Positions 1 through 15,800 of a DNA stretch of 60,630 nucleotides are shown piece after piece; position 1 is the stretch's first letter; every line of letters begins with the position of its first letter. Origin of the DNA: Enoplolaimus lenunculus. Lineage: Eukaryota. The stretch is from contig JASANG010002067.1 in assembly GCA_030248215.1 (NCBI GenBank), positions 434,001-494,630 of the forward strand, read 5' to 3'. Under the pieces are notes generated by a model. It saw only the letters and a program-made list of their open reading frames with translations. It searched no databases and was not told the DNA's origin. Position numbers and translations under genes: made by a program.

Positions 1-620
1 CGAAAATATGCATTAGACAACTGATAAAAAATTTAACTAACAAACTGTTTTCTCAAATTTGTTTTAATTTTTTTAATTTTCTGGCGCTGCCAGCTATAAT
101 TGTGTATTTCTGTAATTAAATGATACAGAGAGAGCCTCATCTATTTCATTACCGTATCGATAATGCTTTTAACTGAAAAAAACACTAGGTACATCCAACA
201 GGCGACCATTCTAATCTTTACGTACCAGTAATCAACCGGATACTAAGTTTACCGGATACTTAAACCGGAGCCGAATAGCACATTTTTATGGGAATTGGGT
301 GTTAACCGGATATAGCATCTAAATTTGCGCCCTGTTGACAATATTTAAGTCGAGCAAAAATATATTTTTAGTGATTTAAAACTACGTAATTGTTTGACTT
401 GAATTTTTCATTTCACGTCGATCTTATTACTTGACCTGACCGGAAATGCAGTCGAAGCAAAATATCTAGTATCTTCACAGGTAAAAATCACATTTGCTAT
501 TCAGCCGTAAATATCCGGTTCTGACAAGTTTATACCGTATTTGAAACCGAATACGGATGTCACGCATTTTCGCCGAATATTAAACCGGAACCGGACCTCA
601 GGTCGATTCTTGTTAGGTAC

Positions 621-708
621 CAGGGTACAACCGGACACCCAGCTCCGGCAAAAAATCAACATATTATGGGTCTGGTATTCTATATTGACGGTATCCGGTC
701 GAACCCTG
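621..708. mobile_element. 88-bp minimal hAT-type MITE (CAGGGT(G/A)CAACCGGA family)
   Basis: Ends CAGGGTACAACCGGA and TCCGGTCGAACCCTG are imperfect inverted repeats; flanks ttaggtac/ttaagtaa match at 6 of 8 positions as a possible target-site duplication (TSD). Confidence 0.55.
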
Positions 709-822
709 TTAAGTAAGCAATTACAAGCAAATTTCTCCGCCATGACGAGCAACTTGTACATACGTTTAATGTTTCTGAAATTTCTGCTGATGAAAAATAA
801 TAACAGTTCAAAATCAACTCAC

Positions 823-3800
823 CAAATGTTCAAGTTTTTTTCGTCGCAGCGGTGGTTGTTCTTGGAGAACGCTGTCCGCAAGCAGTGTAAGCGTCCCGAG
901 AACTGTCTGTAGGACTTCATCTAGTCTTGGAGCACTTGATGATAAACATGCTTCGACATCTTCAGACCATGAAATTTGCGCAGACAGCACAATTATTTGC
1001 GCCTTTAAAATATATGAAAAAGACTGGAATAAACCTTAATAAAGAATAATTTTCTAAAAAATTGTCGAGCAACAAATAGACCCCATAAACCAGAGAACAC
1101 TGTCCGTAGCACTTCACCTCGTTTTGGAGCACCTGACGATAAACATGCTTCGAGATCTTCAGACCATGAAATTTGTGCAGACAGAACAATTATTTGCGCC
1201 TTTAAAATTATATGATACCGACTCGAATAAACTTTAATCCAAATATTGACATGATAAAGATAAATACATTTTAGCAATATATTAAACTGTAAGCATACCG
1301 GATATCGGTCCAACCATTGCATGTAGACGTCACGATCAATTTTTCCACCTTTGAACTGCTGCATATCTTTCACCGATGCTGCTAGCATCTGTGCTAGAGT
1401 TTTTCGCATCTCGCTTTCAACGCACGTTAACCAATCGTTTATTTTCGGATGATCTTTAATCGAAACAGGAGTCACGAATTTAACCTAAAATAAATAAGCA
1501 AAGCCAATTTCCATAACCAACCAGAATTGAAAACTAAAAGAATGCAAAAACAAAAACGAAACAAACAAAACCACAGCTTGCAAAAGTTTCAACGTATTAC
1601 GTACATCTTCCCCTTCTCGTGAAGTCAAGCCTTGGACAACATTTGCTTCATCATTCAACTGAATTGATGCTACTCCCGCAAACATCTTCTTGAAATGTTT
1701 TTGTAGACGTGGAATATTCTTGCTATTTCCTATGATCTCAAGTAAATCTTCGTCACCAACGAAGTAAAAGCTGAAAAAACATAAAAATACATTAATGCCC
1801 TACCTATTAGAACTACAAGAAATATCAACCAATTACATAAATTTTCCATGCAAGTAGACGCACGGTGTTACATATAAACCACTTATATCGGCAACAAAAT
1901 GACATTATTGACGTTCTAAACCTGGTACCTTATATGTATATGTATACAAATGCAAAGGAGTCGTACCCGCCCCTATATCCCCAACTGAAGGAATTTGGGT
2001 TTCTGAGGGCCCCATGTTATGAGAAATCGTTATTTGAATGTTATTTTTGTTGTTCCGTAAATAGCGATTTCGAAAAAAACTTCGCAGCTTTGCACCTACA
2101 GTGCCGTCTTATACTATTAGTCGTTTTAGCATTCACCCGACCGTTATCTTTGTTTTATACACCCTAAACGCCAGTTTACTGCAGTTTCAATCTGGGCTGT
2201 GTGTATTCCGACACCAAAATCCTTACTAAGTAGATTCCTTCAGGACAGATCTAGGGAGATCTAGTGATAGCACTTCAGACCAAAACAAAACAAAATTAAA
2301 TATTTACATAGTTATATGTATGGTAAAATTGCGCCTGCCATATCGCTCGCGAGTTTTCTGTTTCTTTACTTCACTTCACAAATCTGTACAGGTCTCGCTA
2401 CTAAATAACCCGTTGGCACATAGATATCTGAACTGCTCGCTTGTTACACTCACCAGCAAAATCTTTGCCTGATGTTACATCCTCCCAAAACTGCCGTGCT
2501 TCATGTAAAAGTTTTTGAGCCATAGGGTTGTCTTGATTTTACTTTCGGGCTTAAACTTGCTATAGCAAGCATGGATCGCCGTAACCGGTGATCGTATGTC
2601 CACCGGGCTGATACAAAATCAAACAAATTTTGTACCAAAGTGTAGTGCTAAAACTGCATCTGGCCTGTAACTCGCTTTGCTCGCAGTCAATTCACACAAA
2701 GTTCGTTTTAACAGGCTTTGTCTTAATTTAATAAGTTTTTAAAGTGATCAAAAGGCATCGTTTGACGGCTTTGAGGGAACCTCGAGTGCAGCAGCGTCGT
2801 CCTTATACAAATGATAGATACCATCAGCGATAACAGCAAAGATCTACACAAACAAATAGCGTCTGAACAAACTTTATCAAAGCAAGAAAACATTAAGTTT
2901 TCGAACACATATTTCACTTATAAGCCTATGACTAATAAATAGTAACTTTACTGAGCTGTTAATAAGGGAAACCAATAACACCTTAATAAACAAAGTATAC
3001 TTCTCAAGTGCATTAAATGCGAAAAACATTCACCGCGGAAACGACGATCGTTCGCGCTCCAAATATTCACCAAGCGCTTTTTGAATCTTCTGTAACAAAT
3101 CTGCTAGCCGCTCCAAAAGTTTTTGTATTCCAGGTATGTTTAATATATCCATAACGCGCGGGCCTGCAGACACTTTCTTCATCAAACCAAGAAATTCCGT
3201 GCAAATGCTATAACAACATCCTAAATGAATCGAGAACCATATATAAGACCATCAATCAAGTGATAGCCATTGCAGTTTGAAAGTAAGTTTTTAAATTTCA
3301 TAAATACCAGAATGTCAAATTTCAGCAATGACAGTACACAAACAAGTTTTTTGAGAAAACACCACACATACCTCGAAAATTTTGACGTTTCCACCGGGAG
3401 CAACGTTTTGATATCAGCAGATCCAGAGAAAATACCTTCCAAATAAACCCAACGACGTTGAACATCGATCCAAACGTCAAACAAAGTGTTGATGCGATTT
3501 AATTTATCTTCCCATCCTACTGCATCTTCTTCAAATTCCTGGTATGTTATAAAAATCGAAAATGCACAAACTGCATGAGAATAAGCTCAAGACTATTTAG
3601 GCTAATATTACCGAATAACACATACTTGTCGTACAAACACAATCTAAGCTTGCGTTACGAAACATATTTACTGCTTTTATCTGTTAAAATGCCAATTTTT
3701 ACCTTTAAGAGGGCTGGTTTTACGCGTAAACATTCTACAACTTCAGATTTACAACAGAGTCCGAGGATCTGATACACAAGTCAAAACTTACACACCTTAT

Positions 3801-6800
3801 AATATGGCGATAGCTTCATTGCCGCAACACTGTTCATGTGTTCCTTTAGCTTGTTAAACAAATCATCCCAGCCACGAATCAGTTTGGTTTTATTCTGATA
3901 ATTTACAAGTTCAACTTCGTAGTTGGTCCACGCTTCGCGAACCTAAACTGATAATATAAGGAAGTAACCAAAAAGTACCAGACGAAAACAGTTTAAGTTC
4001 CGTTCTAAACGAACTATCCACTACCCACTTGGTTTAGAAGTAACCTAACGAAAATTTGAACTGGATATTGAATCTTTGTTAAGCCAACTGTAATTTAAAC
4101 CTACATTTATTACCCTAAAATAAATCACAAGACACATATAATGAACATGGAAATCTTTCGCTTCCTGTAGCAAAACTTACCTGCTTTAGAAATTCTTCCA
4201 ACGCCATCTCACCTTGCGCGACCAAAATCACATCGCGAACGATTGCTTCGTATCGAGTTAAATCCGCATCCCAAACCTGAAAGTAAATAGATACAAAAGT
4301 AATGGACCAAACATCATTTCTACACGGTTTGTTTCGTAATACGTGCACACAGAAACATACCAAACCAATCCCAACAAAAACAAAATGTTTTAGACATACT
4401 AAAAACCGTAAAACATACCGCGCCTAGTGTCAAGTCATTCAAATTCCAGTTGACTTTCAGTTGCTTCATCAGCGATTTCCAATGCCGTTCTTTCAACGCT
4501 TCTGATTTCAGTTCGGTAACCAACATATTCACCTAAAATATAAAAAACACTTATGTATGGTTCTCAGCAGCGATCTGCGCAAAATGAACAACAATAAAAC
4601 GAACTGTAAAGTATCAAAATCTGAGAAGCAAATTGATATATAAAAATCTGGATATAGCATGAAAAATAATTAACCTTCGCATAACCTTGCAGCATTTTTT
4701 TCACGTAGTCGTAGGAATCATAATTTCGATAATTTGCCGGCAAATCTTTGAGTTGTCCAAGAAGTGTGTCGATATTTTGTCGTAACTGAAACAATAGAAA
4801 TGACTACTAACTGTAGAGATGCCTTTTTGTCCGTGAACCTGCAATATTTTGAATATTTCCAAGATGACCGCAAAAGCGCATAACTTGGGTGCATCGGGCT
4901 AGAAAACACCATTAATTTTGTGTTCTTGAGCCTTGCTGGGCGTTAACCTGGGGATTCGAGCAAGCAACATCTGAGTGTACAATATTTTACACATACAGGT
5001 GCAATTATGGTGCTCAAGTATCTGCATCATTTAATTTTTTCGTGATAGCTGCATAAATTGCGCGGCTTCAGAGGTTTCGTTTGTATAAATGCATGCTAGC
5101 AAGCAACACTGCAAACAGATACGCGTCTGCGTTTTGCATGCATCTATCTCTCTTCTTTGTGTACACGGCGTTCGCTATGAGAAATTACTACAACAGCCTG
5201 TACTGCTGTTGACTAGTATTATTTTAATCGCCAGCAAATGACTTAAAACTGCGCATACCAAATGCGACCGGTACAAGCACAGTACGAACCGCATATTAGT
5301 TTCGGGTAGCACTACAATACTATTCTGGATCATGTCCAATCGCGTAATCATAACTTCAAATCGATATGTTTCTTTGACGATCTTGGTATTTTAGTTTCGT
5401 GTTCCTTCATGAACCGGTTGTCAGAGACCCTGCCGGCTCATAAACAGGTTACAACCTGGGACGCATTAGTCATCAAGAAAAACGGCGTAGTGAACAGTGT
5501 ATATGTGCTTCTTTTTTACCATATTATTTTCTAACTTCACAATAAATCAATTAATTTTAGGTATGTTCCTGCGATTCTTAAAAAGCCATGATATCAAGCT
5601 AGCCTGCATATACATAGAAATAAGATTTCTGAGTTGCTTTTTACCTGAAAGTTTGTTGTTTTGTCGAACGGGCATTAATATTCCGTTGATCAAAATTTGT
5701 TGTTGTTAAACTTGCTAGTTCAGAGTTTAAAATGTTAAATTGTGTCAAAATTTCGGAACAATGAATAGATGTACTGGTTCCGTTTTCTTGCTTGTATCTT
5801 TTGACCATCCTATTTTGCCAAAAAAATTTGCCCGCGCTAATTTTTCTACTTGGGCCGCGAAAGTGTCAGGGATAGCCCACCATGGTGGTCAATAGAGCTA
5901 ACCTGGGGCATGAATGGTTTAGGAGGAGTCTATTAGCCCCGAAATTTTCGTCAAAGTCGTCAAATGCGTACAGTTAGCAAAATACAGGTCTAGCGGTGGT
6001 AACAGTAGGTTGAATGTGAACACCGAGCCTGGTAGAAGCCGTCTTATTCAGAACGTGGGCCGACGTAAATTCTACAACAGTATCCCCCTAGTGTTTCTCT
6101 AAATCATCAAGGTAAGCGAATGCCAAGATGCCTGGCATAGGCTTAGGCCGGCGTTCCTAACTTATACTAACGCAACGTTGCAACGATTATTTATCTGTTT
6201 AATTTAATAACCAATCTTATCGAACCGGTTTCAAAGGACCATGTTGCAATTTGCGTTACAATTAATCAATCCTATACACCAAACATAATAAAAATACAAA
6301 ACACACAGCTTACCACTAGCTGTTTTCTTCTACCGTAATTACTTAAAGAAAATCTACTTGTCCTACACGTTTATCCTGATATTTGATAAACGGAAAAGTA
6401 ATCCGTTCCATGTCACTACCTTTCTTGGTTGAACGCTAAGCCAAGGCTTGTCTTTCATGTCATCAACTTGTTCCCATACAGCGCTTAACGACGTCCAAAC
6501 ACCTTTCAAATCATTCATTTCTTCAATTGCGACCTAAATATATGTGCAAGTCTAATAAATTTTAAACCTTTATAAACGGCAAATCAAGTCTTCGATTTTG
6601 AATTTACTCTAAATTCTGAACAAGCTGTTTCAACAATAAAAATTCTGTTTGATTTAGCAATTCAGTGAAAACTATTACATAATTGGGCGACTGAGACAGT
6701 TATGCTTCTCAGTCAAACTAAAAAGTGTTCAGTACTACTGTTTAACACGGTTTTGTAATTTTATTTCAAACAATCGGATAAAAAATTAGTTAGTTCATTT

Positions 6801-9800
6801 GTGTCTCATACCGATAACCTTTCACCACTCGAGCTAGTATGTCCAGGTTCTGACAACTCCAACGCATCTTTGGCCTTTGTAATATTATCGCGATCTTCTT
6901 TCAGACGATTGAATTTTGTTTCGAACATCGCCAACGCTTGTGATGCATTTTCTGGACGCAAATTGCCCTAAGCCGTAACACCGGAGAAATACATACAATT
7001 TAAGACAAAGTCTAACAACAAAGAGAGTTTTATAGTACTTTACAAGGGTTCGTGGTCAGTTAAATCAGTACTTTCCGCTTTCGATTAACCCTTGATACAC
7101 ACCATATCATCAAGAATGGCGCTATACTTTGGCGATTTTAAATGGCTCACGGCGTCATCAGACAAGGAGCAATATTACCGTACAGCACTGTAAATCAATT
7201 TATCAACTAAAAGCTATACCTGCACGGGTTTCATCTTTTCCCATTCAACTAACAAATCAGACGTCTTGTTCTCCACCAATTTGTCTTCTTGAACAATCTT
7301 GTTCTGTAGGCTGCTCACCTCAAATAATTAATTGGTGCTTAATTTTGATAAATCGTTTTAATTATTTTAACTTAATATCGCCTAATTTTACGGTATCCAA
7401 ACTAAGTAAGGAATTGTCGTTGCGTTTGCGCCAAAGTTGTAATTTATTGTCAAATTTGGTTTGGGATAAATTTCAAGAGAGAGCAAAATCTTATGTTTAC
7501 AGTGTTACTTGTAATGATAAAATCCACTGAGTAATTTAACAATACAGCACAAAAACTAGCAATCAGGGTGCAACCGGATTTATAATTTAGCGGAACCGGG
7601 GCAGGAATTTGAAAAAATTACGGAAACGGAATCGGAAAATGAAAAATACATTCCACCGAAAAGTTAATTTTAATTTTCTTTTTTGCAATATTATTGGTGA
7701 AATAACAGCAGTTGGAGATAGGTATTCTTTATCTGCTGTATTTTAAATTTTTTATAAGCGAAATCTACCTTCGATGGTTTACTTTCGGCGATTGTCAAGG
7801 TTTGCATACTATACTAATGAAATCTGTTAAATTTTTATCGTCATTTTTTAGTAAAATATCTTAATTTCCACCGACCAAATTTATATACCGGAATTTTTAA
7901 TTCCGGTCAAAAATTGCCGGAAGCCGAACAGGAAGGTGAAAAAATGCCGGAACCGGAATTTCGGTTGCACCCTGTTAGCAATATACGCATCTGGTCAACT
8001 ACAACTGTGGCGTACCTGCGTTTGAATAGATGAATCTTTACGCTTCAATATCTCGTTAAATGCACTCCATTCGCCATCTAAATTGTCCGAATGCAGCCAG
8101 TTTTGTGGAAACTGAAACCGCTGGCGTTCTAGGATACGCTGTCCTTCTTTAAACATCTGCAAAATCCATTAAGTATAATAAAATGTGGCAAAAATGATCC
8201 CAATAGTCCATGCAAAACAATTAATTGTTGGTTTGCAAAACTAGCTGTAATTATAACGCGCAACTGCACAAAAATTCTCAATACCTCAACTTGGGATTCC
8301 CACGTTTTCATTTGTCGTTTCAATCCTTGTACGTAGGTAATTAGTCCAACAGCTTCCGCCGTTGTTGCTGCATCTACTGACTGCACTTCCAAATCGCCTC
8401 TGCTCTTAAGTTATAAAATATAAACATTTAATATCCATAACATAAAAATCTCCAACCCTGATCCATCAATTAAAGTCCCATTTCGCTACAATATATCTTA
8501 TCTGGTGGACGAAGAAATCAAAAAATTATATCGGATGAAGTCTTGACAATACATCACACTGAGAAAAAGTAAGACTCTAAATCAGCTTTCCCTATAATTG
8601 ATTTTAAACAAATTTTGTGTTCCGGTCAGAGTTTTTCATTTTTCAAGTTGCGTTAAATCTTGCGCCCAAAATACTTCCACAGCGCCAAGCCAAAAATTAC
8701 ACCTGTACAATTGTTTTAAATACCGGTTTCCCACAACATATATAGGTACATTACATAACCTGACAAAGTGAATAGACTACAGGCAACAATTAAAACGTGT
8801 AAGCACAATCATGTGTTTGGTTAGACGCGACAAGATTGTAGCACATTAGTCAATTGCGACATGCTAGAACAAACCTTAGACACCGATCCATAGAACTGCT
8901 GCATTTCGCTGCCAAGTTGAGTGCCAAATTTTTGCAATACTTCTTTGTGCCAGGAATCATATTTCAGCGTCACTTTAGACTGAACTTTCGCATAATCCAC
9001 AATAACAGCGCCGAACTCTCGCCGCGTTTCGCTGGTGTCAAAAATAGCTCGGGATTTTCTACAAATGTAATACGGTGCAACAAGCAAAAAACAAGTAACA
9101 CAGCGACCAGCAAAGTAAATATCACTTGATTTGAATTATACCTAGATTTGAACAACGGAATCGCTAAACTGATTACAATTGTAGTTATACACATAATTTA
9201 TAACAAACTTTATTTCAACCAATGTCTTCATCCATTTGCTCAAATCAGTTCCAAGTCTTTCATATAACATATCCGGTTGTAAATCCCATAACGCTTGGTA
9301 CCGCAACCACTCCTATAAAACTCAAAAAAATTGTAATCACTAAAATATATCTGGATGCCACGCAAAACCAAAACTCGATATAAACTAAACATGCAAAACA
9401 TGTAACGGTTAAAACCAATGTAATATCAAACTAAAACCCCTAAACTCACCTTAACATATTGGCTGACATTCGAAATCAGTTCCTCGATTGCACTGTACGC
9501 ATCTTCAAGACAATTCTGCCCTTCAGGCAATTTACTCAACAAATTGCGATATGTCGATTCCGCTGTTGATTTTTCGTATCCAACCTAAATACCGAAACGA
9601 AATAAAATAATACTTACAGTGTAAATCTTCAAAACGCACATTTTGGAAAATAATTTGCTTCAAAACGAATGTACAAATCCTGTCACCATACTGTCACCAA
9701 CAGCTGGACCTTTAGTCATGGGCGTTCAAACGGTCACACAGGGAAGTAACCCAACTTAGAAATGGGAAGAAGGGAAGACCGGAGGTGCAATGGTAGGTTT

Positions 9801-12800
9801 GCAGTAAAGCCCCAACTTTTGTTCGCAGTACAGTATTAATATATTAAACTTATAATGATCATAACAATTTTAAAATTTTCTCGCAAAAACAATACACTAT
9901 CTTACCTGATATCGAGTAGACGTAATTCTGTTCTGCGTCATCACAACAGCTTCCCAGGCAAACAACTGTTGAAACAAATTCTGCCTAGCTTCTTCAATAC
10001 TTGGACTCAAATACATTACCTGCTGTGTCAGCCTCATTTCATGGACCAGAATCTGAAATATTTTCTTTCCGTAAACTATACAAAATTTTAAGCTAGACCG
10101 TAAACTATACAAAATTTTAAGCTACAGATATCAAAATTTTTGACATCTTTTACAAAACTCGATGCGTACACTAAAAGTAAAACAATTCAATGTTCGGATT
10201 TGTTTCAATTGCTGAAGTAAAATTGGCACAAAACCAAATATTGTTAGCTGATAAAAAAAGTCCAAGTAACTTTAAAACTAAGATCCGGAAACTTACCTGA
10301 ATTTTCGGTTCACCGCCTGGTTTGTTCTTTGATTCATCTTCTGTGTCCATGTCTTCCAGCCCTTCTTTATCACCTTGAAGAGCACGGGTCCACGCCTTGA
10401 TGCCTTCTTGCAAACGCCATGCCAATTTATTCTCAATCTGCAAGTAATCATGTAAAAATAGCGGCAAAACTTTACCAAAAGTAATAATGTATGAATTCAT
10501 GTCCAAGTTAAGAAGTTTACAAATAAACATTTGATAATACATTTGCAGTGAAATCAGCTTTTGTCAACTCGAAATTGTTTTTGTTGCGGACTGATTGCAA
10601 TTTACTTCACACTAATACGCAAAAATTCGTTTTCCAGTGTCTTTGCAACATAGTAACAAAAAACCAATAATTCCAATGACATTTCCTCTGAAACATACTG
10701 GTAGAGTACCAAACCCTTCGTTTTTTTCTGAATATTGAACTAAACAATTATGATAACCAACCTCTTCATCTAAGCGGGCGACCCAAAACGTTAAATTCGA
10801 ATACTGATGCAATGACAGGCTGTCAACCAGTTTTTGAATATCGGACAAAATTTCTGTCACCACCGCGGCAGAATACTGACAAGTGTCCAACGATTTCAGC
10901 TGAAGGGTCACTTGTTCTTCAATTTGAATTAATTCTTCTACCTGAAGTATACTTCCTGAGTTACCGACTCTGGATTCAATTAGAATTAAAGCCACAACCT
11001 CTATTGAATAACTACACGCTAAACGTCCGTAAAAAATATGCACCAATGCGTGATATAAGTACCTTTTCTTGGAAATTTGTCACAGTATCAGCGATTTTTT
11101 GCACATATGGATCCAATTTGTACGACTCCCAAACCAAGCTCATTCCCTGAAAAATGTTATAATAATGCACTATTAAATTGGCATTTCATGCACTAACTAA
11201 TGCAAGATCCTACATCAAATGAAGAATTATACTGTGACGGTCCGAGCCAATCACCTTCACTATTTGCTTGTAAAGAATATTGCGTATTTATATCAGTTTA
11301 ATACACTCGCTCATGTAAAGCTGAAGGCGGACCGCTTATCTGCGACACTGCAACAATTAAGCTTAAGCTTTGAACAAATTTTTTGCTTAAGCTTAGGCTT
11401 AGGCCTAAGCTTATTTATAGGCTTATACTTACACTGAGGCACAGACTTAGGCTTAGAAAGGAATATGCTTATACTACTGTTACGACCCTCATCTATACAT
11501 GGTCCAATACACCGAACCATATGTAGTACGTAAAGTGATCTCGAATTATACTAATAGTTCATCAACTAATCCACTTATTGGTTATAATATTGTGATCAAC
11601 GGTTAAAACGCCAAATCTCAACATTCACTAAGAAAAACGTTTCGAAAACCTTACCTCAGAAATAATAGACTGAATATCGCGTTTCATTCCAGCAACCAAC
11701 AGGATAATATCACCTTTTTCGCCAACTTTTCCGTTAATCATATCATACGTACGAACCGTTTCAACCAATGAAATTGCATTGGGATACAACTGATTTGCTT
11801 GGTGAGCTTTGTTCACAATCGGTAACGGAACGCGAAAGCCAAGGTTTTTCAAATTTCGTACCTACAAAGCTATCAACAGTTTTTTCTCAAGAACGCTAGC
11901 TGTCAGAAAACAACGCTAAAATATGCACACATTGCGCATAGTGAGCTTTAAACCAAATCGCGCAAGACAAAGCATTGGAAAAGCATGCAAAACATGAAAA
12001 TTACCTCTTTGGCTAATGTAATAATCTCAGGTGAAAAATTCACTCGAAGTTTCAGCAAAGGTTTGCCGTCAGGTCGCTTTCGCACGCTGTCAATTACAAA
12101 TATTCGACCAGAAACACCTAAGTTTCGCGCTTGAACCTAAAAGAAAAACGTTAAAGCAAAACATGTAGCAGCACATAGACTTCGTCAAAATAGTAGCTAC
12201 GTATGCGATTTATTATGACACTGAAGCAGGCAACTTATTAAGCTCCAAAGAATCAACAAAGCAAAGCAAATATAGTAATAATTAGCAGACAAGCAACATC
12301 CATTGCAAATCCGTGTAGTAGCACACTTTTTCAATTAAACTTACTCTCGAAACCCAATCATCAAATATCAATTGAGTGTTCAATTTCGTTCGAAAACTAT
12401 CACCGTCTGCCTTAAGTTTCTGTCCTTCAATGTGTGACGCCCAATCTTTGCCAAGTACGTCCTCTACACGTTGCAAATACTGTCCAAGTTGATGTTCAAT
12501 CTGTAAAACATATTTTAATAAAAAGGTTCTAAAATCCACTGGTCTAACCAAATGGGGTGGGACCACGCCATCATAGACAAGACTTTCCAAGTAACTTTTG
12601 GTCTTCCCTCAGATTAATGTTTTCTTTCCCTTTTTTCCAAAGAAGGTATCATAATAATTATAACCCCAATGCAATATTTACTTTAGAAAGCGTGTATAAT
12701 GAGCTGAAGACTTAAAATATAACAGAATTTGCATCATACATACTGGACGGCATATATCGATCTGAATTAAGTTATATCATGTCGGAAGTATTGTACGCCA

Positions 12801-15800
12801 CCGAACTAGTTCATACAATGCGTCTACTTACTTGTTTTGCCCATATGATTTGACCAGAAACAGGCGGTATATCGCGACTTTGGCTCATGCTGCTGGCTTT
12901 GCTTTGATTAAATTGTACCTACAATAACAAACACATTTTAGGGTTGTATCAATTCAACATTACACAAAAATTTTTGTTCAGTAATAATCCTTTGTTATAA
13001 AAAATATAACATATTCAGTGATTAGTGATCCTACGACAGCGTCACTTTTCTCATGCTCAAGCTGGCTTGAGACCTTTTCCAATGGTTGCTCACTGAATTG
13101 ATGTTCAAACTTTCATGCACATTTGAAAACCAAAAATTTCTGCTTTACAAACCTTAAACTGTTCATGCAGCGCTTCGATGCCTTCTTTAACACGTTGAAT
13201 TAGTTGTGTTTGATACTCGCGAATTGCACCTCGTATATGCGGCCGCACAAACAATGCGTTGAAACGTGAAAATATTCGAAACATTTCGTTGGCATTTTTC
13301 GCTTTACCCAATTGATCACGCAATCGCGCTGTGATTCTAGCTTCCACACGATCAATTCTTTCTTCATATCTAAATCAATTACTTTCAGTATTCCATTTAT
13401 TTTTTCGAGACACAAGATCAATCCAGTTTCGCTACATCCTCAAAGGCTTAACTTTAATCTACATTTTTGCAAAAATAGTTAAATACGCTAAATCATCCTG
13501 CGACATGACGAAACTCGGTTTTAATGTGCCTTACATCAATGTTGATTTCGGTTTCTCAAACAGAGTTCCACAGGAAAAAGTAAATCAAACTTGCAATTTT
13601 TGACATAAAACACGAACCTTTGAAAATTTTTTCAATAGGACACTTATATATCTATCTATCTATATACAGCTACAACACGTCATTACGCGTTTTCGACTCT
13701 ATAGCAGTTGATCTTATATACTTAGTTATAAATAGACGATTCTGCATATTTGTGTACACATTGTTATATCTGAAGATTTTTAGTAGCATTGCGACATTTT
13801 TGCGGAAAATATGTTGACGTCGGTTAATAGTATTGCAACCACGTTGACGAGTTTATTATATTACAAGTCTTGCTGGCGTATTGCAGCCAAAATAATAATA
13901 CAAACAAACCGTCGCAAAGCCGCTTCCCATGCATCGTTTCCTTCTTTTGACAAATCCAAACAGTCAACTTCCTTGACGTTGTCATACGCAATGTTCACTT
14001 CCTAAATCACAAACATAAAGAAGTTACTATGGTAAGCAGAAGGTACGGAAAAATAAGCGACAGATATTCAGTCACAGTAAATCTACACAATGAAATGGGT
14101 TACGGAACGCCTAACCATAAAATCTATTTACTTTAGACAATGTCTAATTAAAATAGCATACTTAGCTAGCTAAATAGTAAACGTGTTTATAGCAACCACT
14201 CTATATTGTCATATTGTCCCTGACCTCAATTGCATTCGCATCTGCAGCATCAAGCGTCCACTGCACATCAGTTATTCCTGCTGCGCCATGCTCGGCTTCG
14301 TCTGGTGTAGTTGCTGTGGCACCCGTTGGCCGTACTACCGCAGTAGGGCGCAATACGCGCACAATCACTGTTCGTAACTGCTCGTGTTGTCGACGATACC
14401 TAAATAGACAAACAAAATTCAAAACCATAGCTGGAGTTTCCAGCACCTCAACATCATTAGTTATGATCTGAACGAAACTAATGACGCAGGAATCAATTGA
14501 AATAACATAACTCTTTAACTTGCTGTATTTGTTGAAACAACAAACAGCACTAATGCATCACAGCAGTGTTTACAATTTACTATACACAGACCAGATGAAT
14601 GTAAACAATCGCAATACATTAATCAAGAAACAGTTTTGACATTTTACTTGTACTATATTTTCGAATAAAACCATGCTTAACTTATTATATGAAAACACAG
14701 TTCAGTAACATCCTCTGGTCCTGATCCAACTTACTTTTGCATTTGCTCGAGTCGTGCTTGCAATTTTTTGTGCGCTGCGTTAATGCGGCAAACCATTTTC
14801 AATTGTTCGTCACGTTTTTTCTTAATCAAATCACGCAGTAAACCAATTAGTTTTTCGTTTTCGTCGTCCCACGTTGAAAACACTTCTGAACAGCCATCGG
14901 TAATTCGTTCAAACTCATCGTACGGCATATGCATCAGCCGTTGCGAACTCAAAACCTAAAAAGCAATCGAATGGGTTGAGTGGCGCTCCAACTCCAATTT
15001 GTAACACACGTTGCGCACATATGAAAATGAACTTAATTAGGATTAATACGACCGTCAGTGCAAAAATTAATGAAAACATTAATTGGTGATCAACTCTGCA
15101 TATAAAGCTCATTAACTTTGCTTGCGTTGTGCAATTTTATTTACTTGCTTACTTCCACACCCCCATACCTAAGCTAAAGCGTAAACCAAAACCTAGGTCA
15201 TCCATGTCATAATGTAGTACGTATGATAATCACTTTGAGGAAACCTGAGGCTTTGTTAATACAGTTATAGTGTTGAATGGAGTAAACAAGTACCCAATAG
15301 ACCAACCAAATCCCGAGACTTGCCAAGACCGAGTCTGAGACCGCCCATCCCTGCTTATTACCACATCCATGTGAAGGACTTCACAACCACAACCATAAAA
15401 CTCAACAAGACACTCAAGGTGTAACCTCAAACTCTGTAATAAAGCCTTCCGCAAGTATTAGCTAGTTTTTCTAGGTATTTTTAACGAATAACAAAGTAAA
15501 ATTGTTACTCTTAGTGAAAATTGCACTTTTGTTTCACGCGTCAAGGCAAATTTTGCTTCAACCGGTTACACGCAACAAAATATTTTTCTTACATTAATTA
15601 AAATACACAATTGTTTAACTATACACCTCGAAAAGCTACGGAACTACCTTTAACAGCTGTGTTTGCAAATCACGAGAAATAGCTTCAACCAGTCGCAAGG
15701 CTCGAGTAATCGGATATCGTGTATTGCGTATTTTTCGCATATGCGTAAATATTGCTGCCAGCGCTGCACGAATCCGATCTAATTCAGTTGCAGCCAGCAA

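Noticed and set aside
6968..7219. CTGATGA and hairpins in a dynein intron suggesting a hammerhead ribozyme or C/D snoRNA
   Set aside because: No stem II followed by GAAA for a hammerhead. The box-like words lack a convincing terminal stem or identifiable guide; a covariance-model search would be needed.
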